From Chrysomallon squamiferum (lineage: Eukaryota; Animalia; Mollusca), in contig CM022665.1 in NCBI GenBank assembly GCA_012295275.1, forward strand, positions 12,214,001 to 12,278,000: 64,000 nt of DNA, written 5' to 3'. The position numbers and the translations under genes are program-made. Of the stretch, positions 38,167 to 53,859 are shown piece by piece. The notes below the pieces were generated by a model. It worked only from the letters and a program-made list of their open reading frames with translations. It ran no database searches and was not told the origin of the DNA. Position 1 is the first letter of the stretch. Each line of letters begins with the position of its first letter.

Positions 38167-39599
38167 ATATAATCATTACATTTTCTTTCCCATTATTGTA
38201 ATCTCTTCTACTAATGTAAAACGTTTGCCAGACATAACTTTTGATATTCTTGTTTCCACAACCATTAGCCAAATGGCAAGATAATTTGTCTTGATTTAGA
38301 AATCTTTCCATGCTTTTTTAAAAGGCCATGTAGACTGTAAATGTCCATTAAAAGTGATGGAAAACAGTGGAATACTTTTAAAAGATTACATTTTTACAAC
38401 CCAAGAAAGTAGGATAATTTTGTGAGTTTTCGTCTGTATGGTAATGACTGTCATTATGGTGTGTGTAAATTCATAAGTTGCATGATTTCTCAGCTGATGA
38501 CCCTGTTCATTTAATGGACTTTGGAGATGTTCAGAATTTCTAATGAGTGAATATATGTGTAACAACACCTTAGCAAAAAGTTTATGTCTGTAATTAGATG
38601 ACACATAGATGTCTAAAGTTCCCATAAAATGTAATTAGGACTTCAAAACAAAATATAATTCAGTACTCACAGGACATACTGGAAGATAATAGGAATATTA
38701 ATTTCTTATTAACAAGCACATAAGTTGCAATCAACCATTTAAGTCTGGTAGGGTCTGTGATCAAATCCTTGTTGGTTCCTAGATACTGATAATTATATCC
38801 ACATTTCTCTCAAACCAGTTTTCTAATACTGTGACACTTGAATTGCCTTAGGCTGAAAATTTAAGCTGCAGGATTTTTATGCCCAAGACAGAATTTTTTT
38901 AATTTTCAGAGGATGTAAAGATGTGTTAAATGTAATATTCTGTTTAACTGATTTATGATTCATTGACTGATGGGATCATTCCTACTAATAAAACAAAACA
39001 AAACAAGGAAATGAATAAAAATAAACACTTTCATATATCTTTGGCCACACCAGTGTTAGTCACTTTGACACTGTTCTGTTAGTTTTCCAGAACATTTCAC
39101 CTGAATTGTTGGAATATTAATCTTATCAGACAGTAATCTAGATTCAGATTCATGAAGAATTTAGTGCTGTTTTCTTTCATTGCTGATTGTGTTGACACTT
39201 TTGTATGTCTGGACTTTGTAATGTTTTATATATTACTCTATAATTCGGCTTAAGCATATTTATATGCAGACAGTGAGGAAGTCATTTGTCATGCTAGAAA
39301 TGTCTTAGTGTTCTTTCAGTTCTGCATATTCTTGTCTGTAAGAAGTATTTGTGTGGTATTTATGAAACCCATAAACAACAAAGAAGTCTTGTAAGGATTT
39401 TGTAACTGTGCACTGTCCAGATCATTAAGAAAGTAATCTTCCTTAACATGTTAAAAGTAGAAAAAAAATCCTTGTAAAAATTAATGTTGATTTTTATTGT
39501 GTGTAGTTCATAAAACCTGCTTTTAAATCTGTGTAAAAACAGTTTGTCAATGAGATTCTTTATTGTTTTGAAATGATCTTTGTACCAAAATAAGATAAA

Positions 39600-39700
39600 T
39601 AAGCAGAGGATGTTTTATGTGCACTTTCCTACAGTCAGAAAAGTACACATTTGATAAACAATTTGGGTACTGGCTGGAATGGGAAACAGTCAAGTAGACA
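39600..39700. mobile_element. Decayed copy of a dispersed SINE-like repeat
   Basis: Motif order gatgttttatgtgcactttcc…tttgataaac…tggctggaatgg is shared with 42130-42215, 51020-51120, 55600-55635 and, inverted, 37200-37225 and 40480-40570. Confidence 0.5.
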
Positions 39701-39966
39701 AAGTAATAGATTTATAATTTTCATTTCAATACTTAGTCTCCAATAGTTACAAAAATGTCTGCATTTGTATATTAAAATTTTCTTTAACTTTGAAATAATC
39801 TAATAGTTAAATGTTTTTACATTTAACTAGTCTGTGTTTGTGGGGGGGGGGGGTGTTAACGTTTTTGTAGTTTTTTTGAAAAATGCAATAGTTTATTTTC
39901 TAACCAAAACATTTAAAAATTTGCAAAAGGTTAGAAATAATGGACTTTCTTTTCTGTTTTGGATGG

Positions 39967-39998
<32 letters not shown>

Positions 39999-40823
39999 CC
40001 ATTTCTGAAGAATGGCAGGACATTTAGTGTAAACTGATTTGGAAAAAAACACTCTGGAATCTCAGTATGTCTAGAAGTAGAGGTGAAACATCACTGAGTA
40101 TTCTCAAAGCTACTGCTGATACCATTAAATGGTGTCAATATTAAATCCATGCTTGGGAATGCTATACGTGTATTTACATTTAAACCGTGACAACAAACTA
40201 AACAAGTTAAGTGGTAAATTTTATTGACACAATCTCTGCAGCTGACACTTTAAGACATTTAAATGTTTTTTTTCAATTCTGTTTAAATAAACACCACTGC
40301 ATGCATACCAATTGTCTGAGATAAATGAATCAATAAGTGCTGCAAGTAATCTAGATTTTTATAGTTGTGTGAAAAAAATTAAATATTACCCTCATTTCAG
40401 AAAACCTTTAAGTGCATATGTTTGTAATCTGTGAGAAACTTTTGGCAAATTATTCTAGAGGTCTGTTTATTATGGTTAGGTTATTCCAGTCGTAACTTCA
40501 CGGCAGATTTATTAAAGGTCATGCAATATGTAATCCTGTCTGGGAAGATGCAGATGTAAGATATCTGACTGCTAATTGATAATTCATTTTCTGACAGTAG
40601 TATTCATTGTATTTAAATATTTTCAAATTTTCAGTATATTTATTTATTAACCAGTCTGTTTCTACTGATTTTATTTTATTTATTATTATAAATTTTAAAA
40701 TCTGTATTTATTTATTCATGCAGTTCTTCATTCATTCATTCATTCTCTATATCAGTTTCTAATTTTCTATTTATTGTTATTATTATTATGTCGTTGTTAT
40801 TGTTTTTATAATTTATTATACAG

Positions 40824-40978
40824 ATACGTTTGCTGACAACTCGGAGAAGTCAGAGTTGTTAAATGGACATGTACAGTGGATACTGACTCACAATCTCAGT
40901 GGATCTCAGTCTTCCTCTCATGGCTCAGTGAATTCTGGAATTCAGATGAACGTACCAATGGAAAAACTGAGCAATTAA
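40824..40978 (+). CDS. POPDC: Popeye last coding exon (DTFADNSEKSELLNGHV…EKLSN*)
   Basis: tatacag| acceptor, phase 1 fits, open to TAA; AATAAA candidates at ~41640-41790. Confidence 0.75.
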
Positions 40979-43900
40979 TTTCAACTTCTTTACAAAATTT
41001 CTCTGACTGACTGTCTCTAAGTGGTTAATTTTCAAATTCTTTACCACAGTCTCTCTTTTTCTCCAACATCTTCCTTCAGGTCTTGTTTGATCTTTTTTCT
41101 TTTGAACAATAAGCACATGAATCTTCCCTTCCCAATGTTCTCCCCCCTCTCTCTCTGTCTCTCTCACATGCTTTCTCTCTGTTTGTGTATGTGTTTCTCC
41201 CTACTATCTATATAACTGAAATCATATCACTACATACATTTTTTTATTAAAATCAACAACAAAATGTCATGGCCTGATATTTGAAATAGACTAGTGGGAG
41301 CACTGAACTGAATTGATTATATGACTAATAACTAATGACTGAAACAATCATTAGAGAGAGTAAAGGAAAAGACAGTACCTGAAATGGCTTGTTCAGTAAA
41401 AAGACCAAAGTGATGACATTAAAAATAACATTCACAAAGAAGTGTAATCATCAGCTTTTGTAATTTTTATTTTACATAATGGAGAACTTGGAGAAAATAT
41501 GGCTGTAGTCTAAATAAATTAATCCTTTCTTCAGGAATCTTAAATAAAAGTTGAAAGATCTGTTCTGCAGTGGAAGAATATATATCACAGTAAACATTAT
41601 GGAACTTAAAAACAGTATTAAAATGTGAATTTATAACAGTGAATAAAAACAGGTGTTTTAAAACCATTCGTTTATTAAGTGTGCAAATTTCAGTATTGTG
41701 ATATTGTCTCTGCTCTGTACCAGATGTATTATTTGTTGGGGCATTTTTTGTTCAAAATGTGTTAATGAAGTGAAAAAGCTTAATAAAAATATTGAAGTTT
41801 CACTATTGTTTTATTATTATATGTGCTGATCTTGTTATTATTTATTTATATTGTATTGGAATGAGGAAGAGATGCCCAGGTAGATGAAAGTTCAAGAAAT
41901 ATTATATACGTTTTTCTATATGAGATACGTAAGAATGGTAATAACCCCCCTCAAAACCCCCCATAAATCCACATTAAAAATCAGATATAAACGTAATGGC
42001 AAGGTAGAGCATGCAGTAACATTTTAAGCAAAATATTGTTTTGACATGATATGTCAAATTTAAGAAAATCAATGCTGTTTTCTGTTTATTTTTTGATAGT
42101 TACTGGATGTCACTTAAATTTCATAGGCAACACGTTACATATTTCCCAGTTAGAAAAACACACATTACATTCACTGATAAACAAGGCATATAAGATTGGC
42201 TGGAATGGAAAATAAGGAATCATTTTGCTACCCATCTTATTTAAGACAAATGCGTATTTGGCTAAGTCCTGTTATTATCTAGTTGGCATTAACATTTTTA
42301 TTCGCTTAAAAGTAAGTTTAACTGGTTCGCCTGTTATCGGAAATATATCTTTTTATTATTCAGACTGACAGTTTCACCCCGGTGAATTGATGCGGAAATG
42401 GAACTCTTTAATACCGAGATAATTACTTCTGTGAAAAAAAAAGAGAGATATAACAGTTTTTTTAGGATGCAATGGAATATTTTCCTAACGGATAAAGTTC
42501 ACCGAAAGTTACACTTAGTGCAAACTGGAGTTTAAATATCATACATAAAGATTTAATGGCATCTGAACAGATTTTTGTTATTAATTATCATTTAGTGTCA
42601 GTTTAATCATTATTTTTCTTATTTTGATGGTGAACTGGAACGGAAAACCCTTTACTTTGTATTGGACGTCTCTGTTCGCAGGAAATATTGTAGATGCTTT
42701 TCTTTCAAACAGGAAGGTTCGTACCGCAGGTTTTGACACATATCCACCAGAAAGCACTACATAATATGGATACTTCAACTACCAAAATAAAAATTTCCCC
42801 CAGTGAATATAAACATTCGTAGCAGTGTCGTGAACACAATGATAATTTACAATATAACTACATGTGTAATTCAGTATTCGCTTTTCCACATTAGATAATT
42901 AGGTACCAACAATAGCACAGTGGTTTAGCTAACGCCATTAATGGATGACTTGATATATCATCGGAGTGTCCGTAAATATAGGTTCTTGTTCCTACCAGTG
43001 TTGCTCGTCGGATGTTTTAAACAATATTGTAAGTGAATTCTGTATATGGGAAGGTGCCAGGACAATATAGTTTACTGCTAATTGAAAAGAGTAACTCATG
43101 GACTGGACTGTCGTGTTTTCTCTCATAATAGAGTTAGATCAGAGTACTTATGATTGTTTCCCATAATAAAAGATAAAAATATACTAAAATTTTGAATATT
43201 CGTTCGTTGATGGAATAGTTTCCCTGCTGCGAGGGTAGCAGGTTACTCCTTTGATGCTGTCATCGCGAAATCAATTGATTGATAATATAACAGTTAATAT
43301 AAAATATAGACCTACAATGAGCTGTTGTTGAAAAAAAAAAAAATAATAATAATAATAAAATAAATAAATATTCCTTTTGCATATGATATGACAGTCATCA
43401 CGAAGTCGAGAACAGCGGTCATTCTAATGGCTAACAAATGAATATTGATATTGTACATTTCGAAGGCAAACACTTGTTCAGTTTGGCAATCAGGAGTTAA
43501 AAGCATTTACTCATAATACAGTGTATTGTAAAACTTCTTATACATAATTACAGTAACCATTGATCCAGAAGGGTTATCAATTAATTATGTTTCATTATTT
43601 CTAAATCCGGATTGTTAAACTAAAAATAGTCAAAATGAAAGAATCCTTTCAAGAAATTCTTTATATCTACACGTCGAAGGAAAATGAATATGAAATGATT
43701 AAAAGAAATACATTTTATCTCCAAAGTAATGGCTTAATGAACAATGCAGTCTGTATTCTACAGATACTTTTTAATAATACAAGTATGTTTTTTTTTGTGT
43801 TTTTTTACAGGTGCATATAAGTAATAAATGTTCATACCTTCTGGTACTACTACTACTGTTATTATTGTCATTTATTATTATTATTAAGTTTATTATAATG

Positions 43901-44573
43901 TTAATTTTCTGATTTAATTTTTTTTAATTTTTATTATTTTATATCTTTTCGGTAATTTATAATGTAGTAGTCCTATAAATTAAGTCAGTATTATATAATA
44001 TTTTGCTATTCGAGATTTTCTCGTGCCTCCCATTACCTCCCCCCCATTCTCTCTCCCTCTTTTTCTTTCCCTCTCACTTACTCACTTGCTCATTCATTCA
44101 TTCATTCACCCGCTTTCACACATCAGCTAACCCACGCACATCAACTTCAGGTAAATGAGTTTTTTAACCAGGTTTAAATTCTGTCTGAAGAAACTATATT
44201 TCCCTTGTGTCTTCTGGTCATCCATTATCATCTTTATCCTGTCATTCTAGTCACGATACTTTCTTCATTTAGTTATACATCACCCATTTTATTTTACTCT
44301 TTACGACAGCTCGCACAGGCAGAGATCCAGGGCGGGGACATAGCCGAAGCATGACTCCCATGCTTTTCGCACGTGATGATTTATATTTTTTTAATAACAG
44401 AACTCATTTCAGCTCGAAAGCTATATCCAGAACAACAATGGCGTCTGTCTTATGAATCAGATGGCATAAGCTATAATAAAGATTTTTTTTTTTTTAAAGC
44501 CCATTATTTATTTCTTCATATTCTGGAACCAGCTGTATCTGTAAGCAAAGGGTTAAAATAATAATAATAATAA

Positions 44574-44607
<34 letters not shown>

Positions 44608-44794
44608 GTAATAAAAACCCACAAAAAAACCAAAATGTTTTAGCAGCGTATTTATCGTTATTCGACGGAAATGCAATAAACGTGGTGTGATAAAAGGTCA
44701 TTTGTTTCAGATGAAGAAATATTTCCTGTAAGTGATGCGTTCTTTTTAAATTAACTGTAAATTATAATTAGCGTTACAGTCAATATAAGCTTTT

Positions 44795-44831
<37 letters not shown>

Positions 44832-46716
44832 GCAGTAGTAATAGTAGTTGTTGTTGTTGTTGCTGTTGCTCTAGTAGCAGCAGTAGCAGTAGTAATAGTA
44901 ATAGCAATAGTAGTAAAATATGAAACCACTGACTGTATGGAGCCTTATTTATGTTGTTTCCAACAAATAATGAGAATGTTAGAATGTTTTGTTTTCTGTA
45001 GTCTAGTCAAATTCATTCCGTGTCAAAATCCTTGTGTGTTCCTTGACAACAGCAAAATATAACTGAAATATTTATGATTATTAATGAATAAAAGGGAACA
45101 TCCCAACCCAGTATATATATTTGATATCTTAAATCGTGATTTTTGAAATATATATATTTTATTTATATATATATATATATATACACACACACTTTTGTGT
45201 CAAACATTAAAATTAGTGCAGATTAACAAAGATTATATTTAGAATAATTTCACATATCGACAACTATAAAGGATATCAGACTATATCCATTTTCTGTTTA
45301 TATTTCTAAGATAGTCCCGCGTCCAGCTATTTCTAAATTATTCGTCAGCCTTTAATAGAGAGAGTTTATTCCATTTACTGCGGACACTTGGATATTATTT
45401 AAATAATTGTTTCCCTTTTATCAACTGCCAGTTTCCATAGCAACAGGCCTCTTTGTTCCTTTCCCCCCGTTTATCTTCTTATGCCAGTGTGCATCATATT
45501 CTCAGTGTGTCTGTGTCTTCACAGTTTGATAGTGAACAGTTTATCGTACATGTCCCAGCCAGAGTCCCTGTTATAATAAATAATATCTCCATCATTATAA
45601 TCACTCTGTGACTATTAGTAGTTGATGACATACAGGAAGTGTGATGGTGCATTTCGTACCTATCAGGAACGGATCTAGGATTTCAGAAGTGTGGAAATGA
45701 GTTTTGTTATAAAGGAGAAAAAAAAAAAATATTAATAAAAACAAAAAATGATTCACACAAAAAAAAAAAAAATAATAATAAAAAAAAATAATAATAATAA
45801 ATAAATAAATAATAAAAATCAATAAATAAATAAAAATAATAATAGTAAATAAATAATAAAAATAATATTTTAATAATAATAAAAATAATAATAAATAAAT
45901 AAATAAATAAATAAAAAAAAAAACCAACAGAAAAAAGAAAACAATAACAACAAACAAACAAACAAAGAAGAATAAAAGTTTGTCACCTCGTGCTTTTTAT
46001 ATGCTATTTTCTATGTAGCCGTTAGTGTATATCGAAAAAAAAGAAGTATACTGTCACAGATCTTCGTCCACAAAAATAGCTAGCAATAAAGAGTATTTAC
46101 GTAATATTAATAGTAATGTATAGCCTCAGAGAGTGGTTTACTCATAATAATATTGGAGAGAAGCGTTATGGTCAGGTATCGATTAATATAAAGCTTTACC
46201 TCGTGTTACAGAGCATTAACAGTTTTCAAATATAATAATTATTTTTGTGTATGTATTGATGTGTATTTAGACATGTAGGTAGGTAGGTAGGTAGGTAGGT
46301 AGTAGATGGGTAGGTAGGTATATATTTACAGATTCATACACTAATCTTTTCTTCAGATATCAAACTTCCCTTAATAAAGATTAAATAATAACAAAAATAT
46401 CTGTAATCTTAGACCATTATAGCGTCAATGGAAAAAACAAAAAAAAAAAAAACAGCTGAGTACTCGTTAGATATCTACAACAGAAATAATCATTATTGTG
46501 CAACTATTTATGCACACAGCATATAATTATTAACGATATATTTAAATTACATTGTACTGTGTAACATCGGTTCTCAGTAGAATCAGAGGTTAATAATTTA
46601 GCCATAAATACAGTTAAAGGTTTCTGTTATTTGTACAAATACCGTAATCAGTGACCAATATATTTATGTGCTTTGTCATATAATACTACCGTCATTAACG
46701 TAAAGTACAAGAACTG

Positions 46717-46755
<39 letters not shown>

Positions 46756-47977
46756 TAATAAAAAAGAAAAAAAGTATTATTCGCCAAGACTGGATCCACC
46801 AATGCGCATGTGTGATATTTGCGCTGGTGTTGAACATCTCGCAGGTATAGTTATTCACTATTATGTTGGTGCGGAGGAAAGAGCGGCATTTACAAACCTT
46901 ACGATTCCCCACCACGTTTATCCGGTTTATAAACCTATCGCATAATCTGAGCACATGAGCATCCAGGTAGGTAAATAAGTAATAAATAAAGCCAATACAC
47001 TGTTATTTCAGATGCTCTGACATTCACATAAACATCAGAAAAGTAACAGTAACTTTTATGAGTTATTTATGAAAGGAACAACCTATGTGATTATTTTTTT
47101 TCAATTTATATCCAGAATTTTAATGACATTGAAAATAGTTTAATGAATAAAAAAAAAAAAAAAAAAAAAAAAATCTTGAAGGTTTGTAGTTTTGACATTT
47201 TAGTACTGTCGATATAAAATACATATTTCATAAGAAAGCGATACTCCAGTATCTCATGACAAAGTAAAAATCTATAAAGCACTTCTCAAATTTAAACTCA
47301 TTCTAATATTTACCTTCAAAATAACACCTTTACATTCACGACAATCAGGAGTTGAATGAAATGATTCGATGACTACACGAATACTGATAGTTTTCAGTTT
47401 ATCCATAAATACATATTTTGTAAGAAAGAGACACACTATATTACAAGTCGTAAAATAATATATTCATTTAATTGTCGTCTCCTCGCATCCATTCTTAGCT
47501 GACACTAATTTCTGTGCTGAATACGGCACAGTTACATATATGATGATTATTAACAAATAACAAAAAAAAAAAAAAAAAATACCCGCTCTTTCGGGATTCG
47601 AAAAATTCTAAAACCAAACTAATTCTCCATACCCTTGCATAGAATGGCGTATTTTCAAAACGAACTGGCTGAAGAAATGATTAATATTGCTGTGGAAACT
47701 GAAATAGATTTTACTACTCAGGTGTTGCAATTTATAACAAACACTTCCCAGAGGATACTAAAACCTGTGCGTAATGTGATTGGATTCAGTTTTCTACACG
47801 AAGATGTTAACCAGACTTGTGTTTTATTTAGTAGGTTTATCATGTGATATCACAAAGTTCATTGCTTTTGTGCAACACATGATACACTTTATAGATGAAC
47901 ACACTCCTAAACACACATATTTAAAGCTAAGTCAGTTTACATCAATATAATGACTTTTTTTTATAGGAGAGAAACAT

Positions 47978-47979
<2 letters not shown>

Positions 47980-48048
<69 letters not shown>
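47980..48048. repeat. (GA)n microsatellite
   Basis: Direct inspection. Confidence 0.95.
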
Positions 48049-48051
<3 letters not shown>

Positions 48052-48516
48052 CTCTTGCAATATTTATCACTGAGTTTTCTTTATGACATCTAGACTCATC
48101 TAGCAGAAATTCATTTTTAACCAACATCATCATCATCATCATATTCATTATCTTCACCTTTTTTACTTTTCTTGTCCTTCTTTATCTACCTATTATTATT
48201 AATATTAGTATTATCATTATCATTGTCATCATTAATATTACTAAACCCTTTTCGAAGATGACTGGTAATGAACTAACAAAGTTTATGAGATATTCTTAAA
48301 CATATCTGTTTTTCCATTACTCATCCTTGACATTTTCTTCTGGTGTGTCAAAAACCATTTTGCTTGAAATAAGCACTGATAATAGAATCCGGTACCAAAT
48401 TACTTCCCTAAAGAATATCGAAGATGAAAAGGAAATATTAAGACAAAGGAAGCGCTATTTGTTTAGCAATACCTCAACACATTCAGTTATTTACTTTTAT
48501 TTTTACAGATACCTTT

Positions 48517-48548
<32 letters not shown>

Positions 48549-49471
48549 GCTTTGTTTGTTTTGTTTGTTTTTTTATTCTTGTATAATGAAGATGTGACTT
48601 TTATAACATTAATATGTTATATTTTGTTATCTTGCAGTCAATGTTGGTAGTGATAAAATATGATGACTTGAATTTTTTTCTATATTTTCGGCAACTGAAC
48701 TATGATTTTGGAACGGAACTGTATTTGCTTTGATTAATTACTTGTTATTTGCATATAAATATAGAGTTCAAAATTTTTAGAATTAAATTGCTGGCTTAGA
48801 TCTCAAAAGACCATTAAAGATATATCGTATTGCTTGAGAGAGAAAAACAAATCCATTTCTGCTATCCATGAGTTATTTATAGACATATGCAGGATAGCAC
48901 ATACCACGGATTTTAATAAATCTATCACATATATTTGTACTCTTAAGGAACATAATGCTTTCTATTACATTTTGGGCGTATACAGTTTATAAATAACCTC
49001 TTTATTATTATATATATATATATATACATTTTTGATAAACATATTTTTTATTTCTTTCTCTTTCTGTTTTTCCTTCTTTATTATTATTATTATTATTATT
49101 TTATTTAAATATATTTTTTTTTTTTTCTAACGTACGATTTGGTACAAAATTCTGTTTTACTAATCTGAAAAAAAAAAAAAAAATATTTACTTGGGTTACT
49201 GAATCATAAATATCTAAAAAAGAATAATTTTTTTTTATCGAAAAGAAAGACGTCACTGAAAAAAAAAAAAAAAAAAAGTTGTTTTGATATTAATGGATGT
49301 TATGTATTCATTGTGAGCGAAACAGATTAAATAAAAATGGAAAAAAAAAAAAAAAAAAAAGATGATAAATTGAATGTTTTTTGAAAAAAAAAAATATATA
49401 TTAGGTACAAATAATACAACTGTTAAAAGAAAGAATTAAAACGCACGCATGTAATTCTAGTTTGGACGTTG

Positions 49472-49525
<54 letters not shown>

Positions 49526-50900
49526 TAAAAAAATAAAAATAAATTAATACATTTATTTCTAGAACAACGACTGTAAGTTTTGTAATTTCTTAGAAGAAAA
49601 GACATTCCAATAGATAATATGAAGGCTTTTTAAAAATGACAAATAAACAAATAAACAAACAAATCGTTAGCTACTATACAGCGTTACAGCTGGTAAAAGA
49701 AAGAACTGAAAAGCCTATTATTGCACGACTTGGACATTGATACTTTGATATTTTTAACATTGTGCTACAATTTTAATTTGTAGCGCTTTTACCACGACAG
49801 AAAAAGTCTGAAGTTGCCATGACAACATGTTTACAGGTGGCTGTGAAGTACATAATAACATCAGATATTTTACCTCCATAAGCTTACGTCATATGTAATT
49901 TAATCAACAAAGAAATGTTTTTTACTTTAGTCATTCCTGACTGAACCTTTCTCGTGGTATTACTATAGATGCAATCTTATTATATTTTATATACATATGT
50001 ATGTATGTTTCTTTGTATGTTTATGTGTGTGTATGTGTGTGTGTGTGTATGTGTTTGTGTGTGTGTCTGTTTGTATATGTGTATGTATGTATGATTGCAA
50101 ATATTTATAAATTAACAACAACGACAAAAATTATAAATAAATAAAATATAAACAAATTCATGAATAAATAAAATAAAATAAATTTACGAATAAACTATAG
50201 TTAATAATTTTAAAGGAAATCATTTCCCATGTGTCTTTGAATAAACTTTCATTCCATTTTTTAATATTTTATTATTATTATTATTATTTTTTTTTTTAAT
50301 TGAATGTATACCTAGAAGAAAGAAAATCATATTGATTATTATTAAAAAAATATGACGTATTCTGCAGCTATTTTATCAAAACCATTTTGGGTTTGTTGAA
50401 CTAAAGAGAAGAATATCTATGCGGGAAGCTCATTACCTTTTCGCGAAACTTTTCCGTAGCTGCAGTGTAAGTGCAAATAAAATTCTATTATGCTTGTCAT
50501 CGCGTATTAAGCTTAAATGTGAAATAAGTAATACGTCCATACCATGATCTGTTGGGAGTGGAAGCGTCCACCTATTCTTTTCTAACTTATACATTATTAT
50601 TATTATTATTAATATTATTATTATTATTTATAATAATAAAAATGATTTCACATTGAAAGTATAGATAGTCCAGTGACAGTGTCCCCTTGTTTCTGTTTCT
50701 GGACTCGTCTCATTTGTCAGGCTGCATACCTTTTATTTCTATAAAAAGAAGCTCTTTCGTTGACAGGTAATAATATAATTAGTGAACAAAATTATTATAA
50801 GATCTTCTAAAGTAGATCATAATCCATAGGAATAATCCATTATTCCAATTTATTATTAAATATTAAAATTTATATCTAAGGTTCATCATCATCATGATCA

Positions 50901-50955
<55 letters not shown>

Positions 50956-51415
50956 TGATTTTTTTTTTTTAACTGACAAAATTTAAGCTTATATTATTAT
51001 TATTATAATTATTTTTTAATATGCAGCAAGGGATCTTTTTCATGTACCTTCCCATGAACAGAAAAGAATATACCAGCGCCTTTGATAAAGAGCTGTAAGG
51101 CACTGCTCTAGAACAGGAAATATCTTAATAAGAACATCCATAAAATGACTTATTGTGTCAGATGGCTTACGTTTGATAATTCACGATGTGTTATTATTCT
51201 TTTAGAAAAACGTTTACCACTGCTTGTAATAAACCATTCGCTGAGCTATGGGTAAAACATGAAATAGGTCAGAAGGTACCAAAAAGGTTCTGTCACGCCT
51301 CAGATCTTTTCTCTAACCATTAATTTGCATACATACATACATACATACATACTTCCAGATGTTTTAAATGAAGTTTATATATTGTCCATATAAAAACAAT
51401 GCATGCTGCTGCTTC

Positions 51416-51451
<36 letters not shown>

Positions 51452-52072
51452 CATAAATACTTCTGCCCTCTTCGTTATTCAATACATATATTTTTATTTT
51501 ACATGTTCATTTACGAAATGATTGCGATATTTGTTTGTTAGGGACTTGATGTAATAGGTGGGTCGCCTCGTCGCCAAAAGTGTTTTTATTTGGTTTTGTG
51601 ATGACAAGCTGGCTACAGTTCGCAAGCAAATTAAATCTCATGGTTGTTATTCTGTCTCGTAAAGGCGCAATCACACGGAATAATAATTAGTGCATTAGTT
51701 TGGTAACATTCTGATAAGTCTATGAACAACATCTAAACCGTTTTTAGCTTCTGATTTCCTATTTATTATTTTGCGGCAGCTGACATAATTTTCATGCTTT
51801 TTCCTACGCCTAAATTCGATAAAGAAATGTTATTATTAATGTAAATGCGGCGACTGGGAAACAGAAAAAAAAGAAAGAAAAAAAGAATCTGACCTCCAAA
51901 AAAAAAAATATATATTTGTAAAATTAAATGTACCGAAAGTAATTTATGTAAACATACATATAAACCTAAGCCATATAACTTATGAACGCAGACATAAACA
52001 TAAGCAAATACTCAAACATTTGTCTGTTCTATCCATCCACTATATAGTCATAAGTCACTAAGATAAAAGAGG

Positions 52073-52731
52073 CATCATGGAGGACTGATCCTACAACACA
52101 TCACGGAGGACTGATCCTACAACACATCATGGAGGACTGATCGATCCTACAACACATCATGGAGGACTGTATCTACAAAACAACATGGAGGACTGATCCT
52201 ACAACACATCATGGAGGACTGATCCTACAACACATCATGGATGACTGATCATACAACACATCACGGAGGACTGTTCCTACAAGACAACACGGATGACTGA
52301 TCCTACAACACATCATGGAGGACTGATCCTACAATACATTACGGATGACTGATCCTACAACACATCATGGAGGACTGATCCTACAACACATCATGGAGGA
52401 CTGATCCTACAACACATCATGGATGACTGATCATACAACACATCACGGATGACTGATCCTACAACACATCATGGAGGACTGATCCTACAATACATCACGG
52501 ATTACTGATCCTACAACACATCATGGAGGACTGTTCCTACAACACATCATGGAGGTCTGGATCTACAACACATCATGGAGGACTGATCCTACAACACATC
52601 ACGGAGGACTGATCCTACAACACATCACGAAGGACTGATCCTAAAACCCATCACGGAGGACTTATTCTACAACACATCATGGAGAACTGATCCTACAACA
52701 CAACATGGAGGACTGATCCTACGAAACATCA
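52073..52731. repeat. 26-bp minisatellite, ~25 copies
   Basis: Unit catcatggaggactgatcctacaaca with scattered substitutions. Confidence 0.97.
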
Positions 52732-52942
52732 TTATCTATGCATTCGCTGTAGCCATTCAATTAGCCGGTTTTGGAAGATGTCACAAAAGATAGACTTAAT
52801 TCATTTCGGAAGAACCGTCCGTCTTCTGAGCGTGTGTAATTAAATACTCTTATCTTCTAGCCTCGTGTTGGTGAATTGTGAAATAAAGTTTTCCTCCTTA
52901 CAGTGGTTTAAAATATGGTAAATAAAGTCTAATTACATACGA

Positions 52943-52989
<47 letters not shown>

Positions 52990-53859
52990 GTAAACAAAAG
53001 AATAACCTGTTCTAAATGCACACACATGTCCGTACTGACAAATAAACTTGATGATCATTGTTAATGCATTAATCGAATTCAGATAAGACACTGTGCTACA
53101 CTCACAGCAGGTTCCATGATCGAACTGACAGAAGGAAGATAGAGCGGAATCCTGCACCCAGTAACTGAATCTTTAGCAAGAATGAAAGAGAAACTGTTTT
53201 GATTTCTGCTTGAAACATGCATTTGATTTAATTTGAAAATTGGAGCAAAATAATGTAAATTTGTTTGTATATGTGTATGTGTATGTGCGTGTGTGTTTGT
53301 GTGTATGTGCGCGAGCACCTATATGGTGAGATGTGTGATGTATTTATGTATGTATGTATGTTTATATATATACGCTCTGAACGTATGTACGTAAGTATAA
53401 TTATAGATTTATGTATGTATGTATAGTTATATTCATTCACTGATGAATGTATATCCCATGTATGTGTGCATATATGTATATATAGATGTATATATGTATA
53501 CTTATATCTATGTACATGTTTTTCTCTTGTGAAAATCGTTACAATAAGTCATTTTGTTTTATTCTGCCTTAACAACAAAGGTCGTGTTGGTTTCCTGAAG
53601 TGACAGACTAATTATTAAGTGATGTTCCTAGTCTGTGCCAATTATCGGCTACTACTGCGTTATACATGGTATGATGCATGTTTGTATATCACTGGAGGCA
53701 TGCTACACGCGTTGGACGATAATGGCTTTTCTTTCATTTACATTAATTAAGAAAGGACAGTAATTCATGCTGGGTTCGTAAGTCTCTGGATCGCCAGTCT
53801 TAGTTAATATTAAAAGATGCAAGCATAAATACTGAAATATCCGAGACACCCACACAGGC

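Larger units (their letters stand above)
28802..40978 (+). other. POPDC: Gene model: Popeye-domain-containing protein (BVES/POPDC family), 8 coding exons, 386 aa
   Basis: join(28802..28822,29389..29614,30471..30660,32392..32514,33393..33498,36961..37113,37798..37984,40824..40978) = 1161 nt. N-terminal N-glycosylation sequons (NRS, NTT, NLS), three hydrophobic segments, cAMP-binding cassette FIDSPEF...YQVS, GRDITNKLYALN and DIRIPS. Confidence 0.95.

Noticed and set aside
42581-42778. 65-aa minus-strand ORF with an acceptor-like start
   Set aside because: No recognisable domain, and no partner exons were found.
52073-52731. CRISPR-like appearance of the regular repeat
   Set aside because: No unique spacers, no cas genes and a eukaryotic context; a plain minisatellite.
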